From assembly GCA_026770705.1 (NCBI GenBank), contig JANJGN010000052.1:1-64000 (forward strand): 64,000 nucleotides of DNA, given 5' to 3'. The notes beneath the pieces are model-generated. The model was not told the DNA's origin. It did not search any database and saw nothing but the letters and a program-made list of their open reading frames with translations. Positions 13,501 through 24,500 of the stretch are shown piece by piece. The translations under genes and the position numbers were made by a program. Position 1 is the stretch's first letter. Every line of letters begins with the position of its first letter. This stretch comes from Isurus oxyrinchus (lineage: Eukaryota).

Positions 13501-16500
13501 CCCTGGAAATATTGGAAGCACTGGTGGTCATCCTCCAAAATTCTATAGGCTCTGGAGCAGTTCCTATAGATTGGAGGGTGGCAATTGTAACCCCACTATT
13601 TAAAATAGAAGGGAGAGAAAAAAACTGGGAATTACAGATCAGTTAGTCTAACATGGGGAAAACGCTAGAGCCTATTATATAAGGTGTGCTAACGGAACGC
13701 TTGGAAAGCATTAATGGGATTAGACAAAGTCAGCATGGGTTAATGAAAGGAAAATCATGCTTAACTAATCTACTGGAGATTTTGAGGATGTAACTTGTGG
13801 AATAGATAAGGGATAACCAGTGGATGTGGTGTTTTTAGATTTCAAGAAGGCTTTTGATAAGGTCCCACATAAGAGGCTAGTGGGCAACATTAAAGCTCAT
13901 GGGATTGGGGGTAATTTACTGACATGGATTGAGAATTGGTCGACAGACAGGAAACAGAGGGTCAGAATAAATTAGTCTTTATCTGAGTGGCAGGCGGTGA
14001 CTAGTGGTGTACCACAGGGATCCGTGCTTGGGACCTAACGATTCACGATATATTTAAATGACTTGGGTGAGGGAGCCAAGTGCAATATTTCCAGGTTTTC
14101 TGATGACACAACGCTGGGTAAGGGTGTGAGCTGTGAGGAGGATGCAAAGAGGCTTCAAGGCGATTTAGACAAGTTGTGTGTGTGGGCAAACATATGGCAG
14201 ATGATGTGGATGAATGTGACATTGTAGGCTTTGGTGTGAAAAACAGAAAGGCAGAGTATTATTTAAATGGTGATATAATGGGAAATGTGGATGTACAAAG
14301 GGATCTGGGTGTCCTTGTGCACTAGCCAATGAAAGTAAACAGGCAGGTGCAGCAAGTAATTCGGAAGGCAAATGGTATGTTGGCCTTCATTGCAAGAGGA
14401 TTTGTGTTCAGGAGTAGGGATGTCTCACTGCAGTTATACAAGGTCTTGGTGAGACTGCACATGGGGTACTACGTGCCGTTTTGGTCTCCCTCCCTAAAAA
14501 AGGATAGACTTGCCATCGAGAGAGTGCAGAGAAGGTTCTCTAGGCTGATACCAGGGGCGGCAGGACTGTCGTATGAGGAGAATTGGTACGACTGGGTCTG
14601 TATTCACTAGAGTTTAGAAGAATGAGAGGAGACCTGAATAAACGTAAGAAATTCTAACAGAGATAGACAGACTGGATGGAGGGAGGATGCATCCCTTGGT
14701 TGGGGAGTCTAAAACCAAGGGCGACAATCTCAGGATACAGGGCAGGCCATTTTGGACTGAGATAGGGAAACATTTCTTCACTGAGAGGGTGGTCAATCTG
14801 TGGAATTCTCCATCACAGAGGCTGTGGAGGCCGGGTCACTGAGTGTATTCAAGAAAGAAACTGATAAATATTTTGATATTAGGGGCATCAAAGGGTACGG
14901 AGAGAAAGCGGGAATAAGGCTTTGAGATAGAGGGTCAGCCTTGATCATATTGAATGGCGGAGAAGGCTTGAAGGGCTGAATGTCCTAATCCTGCTCCTAG
15001 TTTCTATGTACCTAGGTATCTATAGAACTATCTCTCTCCGTGTTCTATTCTCATGTGACCTTGAGTAACTGATGATAAATACTATCTATTTACATTGTTA
15101 ATATTAAACTTTTATACTACATCTCCCCCAAAATCTTTGACATCAATGAAGACAATATTTATATTATCCTATATTGTCTTTTAAGTTCAACCTTGGCCCC
15201 CTCTGCCTTATCAGGTAGGCATAAACAATCCCAAGGCTCAATACAGGAAGAGCTCTCCCTGGTCAATATCACTAATAAAAAAGGACCTGTTTTGTCTTCA
15301 ACCCAGTGATGTTTGTGGGATCTTGCTCTGCACATTGTATCCTATTACAGCTAATATAGAATCAAGGGTGTCAGTACTTACCTTGTACAGTTAGTACAAG
15401 GGTCCGCTCCGATGAAACAGATGGATATCTCACTCTGCAGCAGAGTGTGTGTCCGTGGTGTTTGAGTGATGGGATCAGGGTCAGAACAGAAGTATAGGTC
15501 AGAGTGACACCATGCTGAGTTACAGTGTTTGAGACTGATCCACGTACGTCAGTGGGAGTGTCCCAGGTTAAGACAGGTGCTGCTGTTCCATTGCACGTTG
15601 TGTTGAAGGTGCAGCTTACATCCACACGCTTTCCTGCAATAATTTCAGCAGGGAATATCATGGGTTTATCTGTGAAATCTAACAGACAGAGAATGGATCC
15701 TTTTAGAGAAATATAATGTGAAGCATCAGTTCAAATAGAAATCACAGTCCCACAAGAGAAAGCACTTTTACAAGGATGATATCAGAACTGAGAGGTTACA
15801 ATGATCAGGAAAGATTTTCTTGCTCTTTGGCAGTAGTGTTTCTGTCTCTCAGCTTAATACATGTTCACTCCGAGACATGTGAATTGAGAACACTGGATGA
15901 GAGAAGAGGCTCAGACCAGAGATTGGAGTTAAAAGCAGAATACTGCGGATGCTGGAAATCTGAAACAAAAACAAAAATTGCTGGAAAGACTCAGCAGGTC
16001 TGACAGTATCAGTGGAGAGGAAGACAGGGTTAACGTTTCGAGTCCGTATGACTCTTCATCAGACCAGAGGTTTGAGTTCACTGGCTTCTCATTTCCTCAG
16101 TGATCTGGGTGATTTATTACATTGTGGTTTGTTGGATCTTGCTGTGCACAAACTGCCTGCTGTGTTTAACATCTGTGACTACAATTCAGGAATAATTTCA
16201 TTGGCTGTGAAGGGATTTGGATCCTCCTGAGGTGGTAAATTGCGCTGCAGAAATGTACATCTTTCTTTTATCGATACGTCAGACTTTTAAACAGGACAGG
16301 AGAGATTGATGGGAGTGGATAACCTGATAATACAGTTAATGCTTTTCATCATTGATATTAAAGTGAGTATTAGACGTTGCTTTAGGACTGAACTGGAAGC
16401 TATTGAGAATCAGACAGTGTGTTATAATAAGCTGTGTTTTGTGTTAATATGTAAACGTCACAGTTTGTGTTATTTCCCATTGAGTGTTGAATGTGAATTG

Positions 16501-17797
16501 TTGAGTAATTATAACACAGCACTTACCAGAAACATGAAGCTGGGTTACAGGGTAATAGTTATAGCGCGGACCATTGTCAAATTCTATTCTGAAAAAATAA
16601 GGTCCTGCATCTTCCCGTCTGATGTTGTTTATAATCAGGGAACAGTCGCCATCTTTCAGGTCTCCAGACAGCCGGGTCCGATTGTGGAACCGTGGTAACT
16701 CGTGACTGTGATCTTTGGAGTGAAAGGCAATGGGAGCCCAGGGAATCTGTTTCTCATTATTAAACCAGACTCCACCTCGCGGTTGGTTTTCCAAATGTGC
16801 TGGATAACTGTAATGACATGGAATCTGTACACACGAACCTTCCTGCGCTGTCACCTCTCGTGGAGTGTCACCTTTCCACTCTTGTGACAGTCCAACTGAG
16901 GAGAGAAATATCAAATATTTAATTCTGGATGGTTTGTAGATCCACTAGACTCGATATCCACCCCCTCCATCTCTGGAGCACAGTGGCTGCAGTGTGGACC
17001 ATCTACAGGACACACAAGGAACTCCCCAAGGTTTCACAATGGAGGGAAGAGAATCCTGGACACAGGAGTGGACAACTTCATTCTACATTGGCTCATGGTC
17101 CTCAGGACCCTGTTTAGTGAAGCCAGTCTTCCACCCAACACAGTGTCTACAAGATACACAGGGAAACTGTGTAAATATCTCATCTCTTTAAACTGACTGC
17201 TTTGGCTTCGGTTTAACTTTCAGTTATTTTACTTCCTTATTGTGGTTGCTATGGTGAAACTGTGCAGGAAGTGCGAGGGCTGGACTCTCTGTCTATTCTC
17301 ACTGCAGCTGTGATGTGGCCGTGGTGATTCTCAGTAAAATGAAACCCTCTGAGCTCCTCCATCCCCGAGGTTTAGGGAGTGAATTCCAGAGCTCAGGCCC
17401 CAGGCAGCTGAAGGCCCGGCCGCCAGTATTGGAGTGATGGGAATCGAGGGATGGTCAAGAGGCCGGAATTGGAGTAACACAGAGATCTGGGACGTTGGTT
17501 GGGAGAGTTGCAGGAGGTTACAGAGATAAGGACGCAGTGTGAGGCAATGGATGCATTTGAACAAAGAGATGTGTATTTTAAGTTTGAGATGTTGTAGGAC
17601 CAGGAGTCAGATAGTTTAGGGATGATGGGTGAATGGGACTTGGTGTGAGTTTGTACACTGGCTCACTGCTGAATCAGTTCCCAATCACAGCTCAATAAGA
17701 ATGTTCTTTTACAAAGACTATTCACCATAAATCTGTCCGAGCTGACAATGGTATTACCTTGGAGAAGTGACAGGAGGAAGTAAGATTTCCCGATCAT
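2928..17797 (-). CDS. Gene A: Siglec-like type I membrane receptor, inhibitory-type (leader, V-set, 5 C2-set, TM, Tyr-motif tail), about 755 aa, 10 coding exons
   Basis: Exons 17797-17758, 16895-16527, 15678-15382, 10853-10572, 9665-9384, 7511-7236, 6279-5986, 5064-4968, 4244-4163 and 3176-2928 are joined by GT-AG introns with compatible phases and sum to 2268 nt (756 codons) with no internal stop. Confidence 0.85.
4163..4244 (-). CDS. Gene A cytoplasmic exon 1 (proximal cassette)
   Basis: (K)RKTAMEERVSGTSDIALTPSPLSVKHQ; 82 nt, phase 2 to 0; ttgcag acceptor, CAG|gtacag donor. Confidence 0.8.
4968..5064 (-). CDS. Gene A transmembrane exon (uncharged)
   Basis: GRDSSKWTVGLFTAGIMLSVFLAGIFIFICVRK; ttttacag acceptor, AA|gtaagt donor; not in the ORF track. 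Confidence 0.88.
5495..5640. repeat. 37-bp AT-rich tandem repeat, about 4 copies
   Basis: gtaatctatgtaacatttatatataatatttatcaat. Confidence 0.85.
5986..6279 (-). CDS. Gene A membrane-proximal Ig exon (MAG domain-5-like)
   Basis: YKPEISQQSECTRRSEGVTCICVANSNPPGDLTW...SCSVQNPHG; the SxC-x8-CxC-xxxSNP pattern is typical of the last Ig domain of MAG and many Siglecs; 294 nt. Confidence 0.85.
6591..6885. repeat. 37-bp tandem repeat inside an L2-like fragment (6355-7110)
   Basis: ctccctatctctgtaacctcctccagaccctacaacc, about 8 copies. Confidence 0.9.
7236..7511 (-). CDS. Gene A C2-set exon (CD22/sialoadhesin-type YSP...EGSNITLTCSSESVPP)
   Basis: Ig C-W-C pattern (LTC, YTW, DAGFYC); 276 nt; ttccag acceptor, gtaag donor. 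Confidence 0.9.
7835..9058 (+). mobile_element. Penelope-like retroelement 3' fragment (GIY-YIG endonuclease)
   Basis: NIIYCIHCSQCGLLYIGDTKHRLGDR...HFN...EEQHLIFR..TLQP..LN; ends in a ctgaaga-gagtc/gactc terminal motif. Confidence 0.85.
9384..9665 (-). CDS. Gene A C2/I-set stalk exon (copy 2)
   Basis: Near-identical to 10572-10853; 282 nt, AG/GT flanks. Confidence 0.9.
10465..10546. repeat. (TG)n microsatellite next to a stalk-exon donor
   Basis: Direct inspection; the N runs at 11326-11748 and 59477-59661 also lie in TG-rich tracts. Confidence 0.9.
10572..10853 (-). CDS. Gene A C2/I-set stalk exon (copy 1)
   Basis: DAPQNLS...IICSVESFPASNLTW...DTGDYLCVAENEHG; 282 nt, AG/GT flanks. Confidence 0.9.
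11830..12830 (-). mobile_element. Gypsy/Ty3 LTR retrotransposon integrase fragment (decayed)
   Basis: VDCVRPL...DMTTRFPETIPL...FTHYGLPLEIQSDQGS integrase core. Confidence 0.8.
12975..15025 (+). mobile_element. CR1-type LINE, 5'-truncated and decayed
   Basis: KSFYKYVK, AEELNIYFGSVFTKED, RT motifs, LYKVLVRLH...ERVQRRF, and a CR1 3' end with a short-repeat tail. Confidence 0.88.
15382..15678 (-). CDS. Gene A C2-set domain 2 exon
   Basis: DFTDKP...VSCTFNTTCNG...LTW...CRVRYP; the extra Cys fits the Siglec V-C2 interdomain disulfide; 297 nt, phase 1-1. Confidence 0.9.
16527..16895 (-). CDS. Gene A V-set sialic-acid-binding-type Ig exon
   Basis: Siglec hallmarks: N-terminal Trp, GSCVQIPC, GDCSL (B-E disulfide), F strand YFFR with the essential Arg instead of YYC. 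ctcag acceptor, G|gtaagt donor, 369 nt. Confidence 0.93.
17758..17797 (-). CDS. Gene A leader exon (MIGKSYFLLSLLQ)
   Basis: ggacaATG with A at -3; 40 nt; CAAG|gtaat phase-1 donor; joins VGLSQ-EW of the V exon to complete a signal peptide. Confidence 0.85.
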
Positions 17798-18247
17798 TGT
17801 CCACTCCCAGATATTTCCTCAGCTTCTAACTCTGAAGTTCTGAAAGAGAAAGGAGTTAATGAGACCTCACCTCTTGTCCGAATGCTCTCGAGAGATCAGA
17901 ACTGCTTTTAGACAATGTCTTCACAGATTAATTTGATTCTCTGTGGGATGATAGGTGCTCTGCAGAGAGTTACAAGGCTTTAAGAAAGACAAACAATGAA
18001 GGATTTGCATTTCTATAGCACCTTTCACCACCTCAGGATGTCCCAAAGCTCATGTCTCTGCACTTCCCTCATCCCTTGAGCTAGAAAGATGTTCTGTACA
18101 ACAGACTTGAGCCTCACACCCAGATCTCAATAATCAGTAGAAATCTTTCAAAGGCATCAATCATTGGAATCTGTCTTTATAAAGTCACAACATCAACATA
18201 GGACGGTGTTGGTCGTGGAAGTGAATTCCAATCGTTCCGTTACTTAC

Positions 18248-18390
18248 CCAGGACCTGTCCGACTGCTCGCCTGGGGAGGAAGTGCCCACACGCTCTGCTT
18301 GGGCTGAATGACCTCTTCCTGTGCTGCCCCCTCTGTGTGTTTAATTAGAAAGGGTGGATGTGTCACTGTGAGACAAAATGAAGAAGTGGG
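18248..18390 (-). promoter_or_regulatory. Putative promoter/non-coding first-exon module of gene A
   Basis: Strong GG|gtaagt donor about 450 bp upstream of the leader; ETS/PU.1-like GAGGAAGTG at 18276-18284; the module is repeated upstream of every leader. Confidence 0.5.
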
Positions 18391-18604
18391 TAACCAGTGA
18401 GAAGTTCGAGGATGTTTTGTGCTCTCAGCAAAACGTTTACCATGTGTGATCTGTCAGCTCATATTTGGGCAGCTGTAGTCATGAAGCTTCTCAATTGGCT
18501 CCGTGGGATTAGACCCCTCCCCCTCATCTCAGAGGCTGAAGCGCAGGCGATAGAGTTCCCAATACAGGTCTCTGGCCGTATGATACATGTTGACAATCCC
18601 CGAT

Positions 18605-20030
18605 ATCATTACTGAAGGAGTGCTGCACTGTCAGGGGTATAGTACTGAGGGAGTGCTGCACTGTGTGAGGGTCAGTACTGAGTGAGTGCTGCACTATCAG
18701 AAGGTCAGTAATGTGGGATTGCTGCACTGTCAGAGGGCCAGTAGTGAAGGATTGCTGCAATGTCGGAGGGTCAGTACTGAGGGAGTGCTGCACTGTCAGA
18801 GGGACAGTAATGTGGGAGTGCTGCACTGTCAGAGGGTCAGTAATGTGGGAGTTCTGCACTGGAAGAGGGTCATTAATAAGGGAGTGCTTCACTGTCAGGA
18901 GTATAGTACTGAGGGAGTGCTGCACTGTGGGAGGGTCAGTACTGAGCGAGTGCTGCACTGTTAGTGGGGTCAGTACTGAGGGTCTGCTGCACTATCAGAG
19001 GGTCAGTAATGTGGGAGTGCTGCACTGTCAGAGGGCCAGTAGTGAAGGAATGCTGCAATGTCGGAGGGTCAGTACTGAGGGAGTGCTGCACTGTCAGAGG
19101 GACAGTAATGTAGGAGTGCTGCACTGTCAGAGGGTCAGTAATGTGGGAGTGCTGCACTGTCAGAGGGACAGTAATGTGGGAGTGTTGCACTGGAAGAGGG
19201 TCCTTAATGAGCGAGTGATGCACTGTCAGAGGATCAGTAATGAGGGAGTGCTGAACTGTCAGCGGGTCTGTACTGAGTGAGATTTGCACGGTCGGAGGGT
19301 CAGTATTGAGGGGGTGCCAGACTGTGGGAGGGTTAGTACTGAGGTAGAGAGGAGTGTGAGAAGATATCCTTTCATGGCAAAGTTTAACTGGAATTTATTT
19401 AAACAGAGATTCTAGTACTGTGTGTTATTGCTAAAGAAAGGATATGAGGAACTAAGTCTAGTTCCCCTCAGCCTAAAAATAATGTTCTCCGATTTCAATG
19501 ATTTAGCATTGAAACCTCCCTCTTTGGGCATCAGTCTTGATTTAAACAACTCGCACAGCACTGTGGGAGGGTGAGTACTGAGGATGTGCTGCACTGTGGG
19601 AGGGTGAGTACTGAGGGAGTGCTGCACTGTGGGAGGGTGAGTACTGAGGGAGTGCTGCACTGTGGGAGTGAGAGTACTGAGGGAGTGCTGCACTGTGGGG
19701 GTGAGAATACTGAGGGACAGCTGCATAGTGGGAGTTTGAATACTGAGGGAATGCTGCCCTGTCAGAGTGTCTGTACCTAGGGAGTGCTGAACTGTCGGAA
19801 AGTCATTAGTGATGGAGGGATACAGTATCAGAGGGTCAGTATTCAGGGAGTGTTGCACTGTCAGATTGTCAGCCATGAGGGAATCCTGCACGGTCAGAAG
19901 GTCAATGATGACGGGGTGAAGCACTTGAAAAGGGTCAATAATGAGGTAGTGCAGCACTGTCAGAGGGACAGTAATGAGGGAGCGCTGAACTGACGGAGGG
20001 TCAGCACTGAGGAAACGCTGCACTGTCAGT
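18605..20030. repeat. 33-bp minisatellite arrays (interrupted at about 19345-19555)
   Basis: Same unit; paralogous to 38885-39900. Confidence 0.9.
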
Positions 20031-20744
20031 TCTGAGTGTGGTCTGCACTGCCCTAAGTGCATTCTAGGCACTGCCCAAGATTCCGCCTGATGTCCGTGTA
20101 ACAACAACATCATGTACACGTCGAGAATATTTCTCACTGTGTCTGTGCAGCAAGACAGCTTTGGAATGGCACCACCACTGGCAGGAGTGTGCAACTACAA
20201 TGTGACATGTTTACATTGGAAGTTTCTATAATAAGGATGGGCACAGGAATTTATATAATAGAGAAAATGTGACAACAAGAAGCTTTTCTTTGAGGCAAGA
20301 ATTTGGCAGCAAAATAAGAATTTTAATCTATAAATATTTACAGAACAGGCTGAGCATTTTAATCACTTGTGTTAATCAATGTAATTTTATTCATAACCCA
20401 AATGCTTCTTACAATCTATCGCAGCATGAAAAAGGTGCAGCATTCAGAAAGCACATTCCAATCAGAGAACAGAGTTTAGCAACGTCACATTTCTGTTCAT
20501 TCCTATTCGACCATGTTGGCTGCACACAGCCAGACAATGCCGTGGTTATGATGTGTCCACACAGCAGGACTGGGGAGCACCAGGTATAAGGAAAAGTTTC
20601 AGCTTGCTGAGGAGAAGAAGGACAATCTCTCGTTCCAGGTTTCTCTCCGTACATTAAGAAGCAGGCATGCCGATGTTTCATTGCACTCTGTCTGCTGATG
20701 GGAGTCCGCTTGGAAATTGCTGTTTGTGCTGATGGAAAGAATAA

Positions 20745-21345
20745 GCTTTTCATAAATCGAGGGATTGAGTACAAACACAGGGAGGTTATGCTGAACATTT
20801 ATAAAGCTCTGGTTAGGTCACAACTAGAGTATTGTGTCCAGTTCTGGTCTCCTCACTTTGGGAAGGAAGTGAGGGTCCTTGAGAGGGTGGGGAGGAGATT
20901 GAGCAGAATGGGTCCAGGGATGAGGGATTTTAGCGACAAGGTTGGGTTGGAGAAGCTGGGGTTGTTCTCCTTGGAGCAAAGGAGATTGAGGGGGATCTGA
21001 TCGAGGTGTACAAGATGATGATGGGTTTAGATACGGTAGACAAAGAGAAGCTGTTGCCATTAGCTGATGGTACAAGGACTGGGGGACACAGATTGAAGGT
21101 TTTGGGCAGAGGGGGATGTGAGGAGGAACTTTTTTACACAGCGAGTGGTAATGAGCTGGAACTCGCTGCCTACGAGGATGGTGGAAGCGGAGACAATGAA
21201 CGATTTCAAAAGGAAATTGGATGGACACTTGAGGAGAAATAAACTTGAAGGGATACGGGGATAGAACGGGGGAATGGGACTGACTGGATTGCTTTACAGA
21301 GAGACAGCATGGAGTAGATGGGCCAAATGCCGTTCTTCTGTTCCA
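20745..21345 (+). mobile_element. CR1 3' fragment in the 3' UTR of gene B (copy at 40625-41225)
   Basis: YKALVRSQLEYCVQFWSPH...LERV...LGLFSLEQRRLRG. Confidence 0.8.
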
Positions 21346-21371
21346 TGATGAGATTGTTGCTGTCCAAATCT

Positions 21372-21511
21372 TTAAACAGTCTGTCGACTTCCTTTCACTG
21401 TTTGTCTCTCCCAGACACAGACTCCAGCGATAGTGATAACCACAGCCACAAGGAATATCACAGCTCGTATTCCCAGGATCAGGATCACGTGCAGAATCTC
21501 TCCTCCACTGT
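21372..21511 (-). CDS. Gene B TM/terminal exon with intramembrane Arg
   Basis: ttctctag acceptor; phase-1 reading (Y)SGGEILHVILILGIRAVIFLVAVVITIAGVCVWERQTVKGSRQTV*; Arg codon at 21465-21467; candidate AATAAA at 20386-20391. Confidence 0.85.
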
Positions 21512-24500
21512 CTAGAGAACACACAGAAAGAAATCATCACTGACTCTCCGCTTTCAATCTCTCACTCTGGCTGAACAATCAAGCTTCATATCACTGCAAC
21601 ATTTGCTGTAATATTGACCCATCCACTGGGATTCAATGTGGAATGAATGTTTTCATTGTAAACACTCTAAGAGTGGACAATCGGAACTTTCCCCTTAGCG
21701 TGGAACATTGGTGAGAATGGATCATTGTGCTGTTGGACTCCCTGTCCAATGTTTCTCTCCATCGCTGTGTACAGGATTGTGCTGTAGAAAATTCTGGAAA
21801 CGTTTAGTGCAGGGTGGAAATCCATCTCGGACGCATCTGCGAATCGGACAGGATCGAGATGGACTTCCTCACGGACTTACACCCCCCGCTTAATAAACAG
21901 TTCCAATCTTTACCCAGAGAGAGGGGAGAATGTGGAACTCGCTCCCACTGGGAGTGGCTGAGGTGAACAGTATCGATGTATTTAAGGGGCAGGAGGCTCG
22001 GTAACCAGAGGGACACAGATTGACGAACCGGAGGGGGAGATGAGGAGAATTTGTTTTGACAGAGCGAGTTGTTGTGATCTGGAAGATTCTGCCTGAAAGT
22101 GCGGTGGAAGCAGATTCAACAGGAACTTTCAAAAGGGAAATTGGATAAACACTTGAAGGAAGAAGATGGCGGCAAAGTGGAGTGGTGGTTAGTGGATCTG
22201 ATTGGATAGAACATTGAAAGATCTGGCACAGGCACAATGGGCTGAATGGCCTCCTCCTGTGCTGTATCATTCTCCACTTCCATGATCTCTCCCCCAGTTA
22301 GTAACCACTCCAGATCCCTCTTGAAGGCAACAGAGAGACAGCAACCACCACACCCACTGACAGCACATTCCCGAGGATCCCTACTCTCTGGGAAAAGATG
22401 AACTCCCCAACATCCAGCCTATTCCTGCTTCCTGGAGAGTGTAAACCCTTCCCAGAGCGTGGATGAACCTTTCAATAAACTGTATTATCAAATCTACTGT
22501 TTGATATATAAGTTAATTTCGATGAACTTACAGCATGTCTAGCAAATTGTGAAGTGAAGTTGGCTGAAAAGCAGGGAGGTGCAAGCTTAAGCACCACAGT
22601 GCCACCACTGGTGGGAGGACGTAAAGACAGTGTGACGTTTACATAGGATGCCCCCATTATAAACAGGGTCATTGGACATGATGGCAAAACTGAACACTGG
22701 AAAGGTGAGAAAATGAAGTAAGCTCTTCACTAACAGGAAATCCCTTCCTAAACTTCCTTATTTCTCCCTTTCTCTCAGATACACAAAAAATTTGACACAG
22801 GGCATTATAAGGAGGAGTTAGGACAGGCAAGAGTTAGGGAATAGGAAGCTTCTTAAAGGAGGAGAGAGATACATGGAGAGGTGGGGAGTATCAGTTGGAA
22901 TCTTTGTGCATGTGAGTTTCTGGAATAGACTTCGTAATTTGGATATTCTTCGATAAATATGAATGGGAACACATATCCCGGAATCCAGGAGAACTCTCCA
23001 GTGCAGTACTGGGGGAGGTCAGGTAACTCACAGGGAAGTGTGTACTACTGTGTTAGTGTGTGAGTGTGTCTTTCTGTGTGCTCATGAGTGTGGGATTGTG
23101 TGTGTGCATGCACTTTGGGTCTGTACATTTGTGAGTGCTTGTGTGTGTGTGTGTGGGAGTGCATCTGAGTATATGTGTTCGGAGATGAGAGAAATATTAA
23201 AGTCTGTGTAACTCACATTCCACAGTAATGGTTATGAACCCCTCCACTGCTCCATGTTCATTCTCTGCCACACACTGATATTCTCCAGTATCCCTGGATG
23301 TAACGTGAGGAATCACCAACCACAGCTCATTGTTGGAACTTGTTCTGTTCATTGGGACATTAAGATGTCGCCACATCAGGTTAGAAGCTGGGAAGCTCTC
23401 GACAGAGCAGATTATCTCTGCAGAATTCCCCTCAATTATATTGATCGATGAAGCGTTAATCATATCTGGAGAAGTAATTGAGAGATTCCGTGGTGCGTCT
23501 AAAAACAAATACAGATCAGTTAACTTACACTGACTGTGAAGCACTTTGAAAGACACTGAGAACGTGAAAGGTGTGATGTCAATGTAGGTTCTTTCACCAC
23601 ATAGCCCGTAATCCAGGCAGACACTTCAGTTCAGTATTGAGGGCGTGCTGCACTGTCAGAGGGTCAGTACTGAGGGAGTGCTGCACTGCCAGAGGTTCAG
23701 TACTGAGGGAGTGCTGCACTGTCAGAGGGTCAGTCCTGAGGGAGTGCTGCACTGTAGGAGGGACAGTACTGTGGGAGCGCTGCACTGTAGGAGGGTTACT
23801 GCTGAGATAAAACTGCACAGTCAGAGCGTCAGTTCTGATTGACCAGTGCAATGTTGGAGGAGCACTACTGAGGGATCATTACACTATTAGAGAGACAGTA
23901 ATGAGGGAGTGCTGCACTGTAGAAGGGTCAGTGCTGAGGAGGCAAACATGCTGTTATGTGTGTACTATAGGCCTCCTGTGATAATGTGGAGTGCCAGGTA
24001 CCTTTAAGAGAATACAAGTGGATAAACCATGTGACAGTACTGACCAATCACTGGACAGTGTGGGCCACTGGTTAACTGTAAGTCTGGAGCTGGAGGTGGT
24101 TGTGGGAGCAGGCAAGGATTTAGTGCTCTGCCCTCTGTTACAATAAATAATCAGCTTGTTCTAATGTCGGTCTCTCTTGGTTATTGATAGCGAGCATCAG
24201 CTAAGAATAACTCAACAGGTCTGGCAGCATCGGGGGAGAAGAAAAGAGTTGATGTTTCGAGTCCTCATGACCCTTCGACAGAACTGAGGTCATGAGGACT
24301 CGAACCGTCAACACTTTTCTTCTCCGCCGATGCTGCCAGACCTGCTGAGTTTTTCCAGGTAATTCTGTTTTTGTTTTGGATTTCCAGCATCCACAGTTTT
24401 TTTGTTTTTATCAACTAACAAGTGTATATGAAGGAATGCAATTCGAGTTTACTCAACCAGTGAACTCATAGACTCAAGATATAAAACCAACAAACAGTCA

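Noticed and set aside
17840-17870. Apparent extra 5' UTR exon (about 17871-17960) with gtgag donor
   Set aside because: The implied intron to the leader acceptor is only 31 nt, too short for normal splicing; at best alternative acceptors.
20824-21540. 238-aa Cys-rich ORF (and 41011-41418)
   Set aside because: Wrong-frame reading of the TM-Arg exon running into an antisense CR1 fragment.
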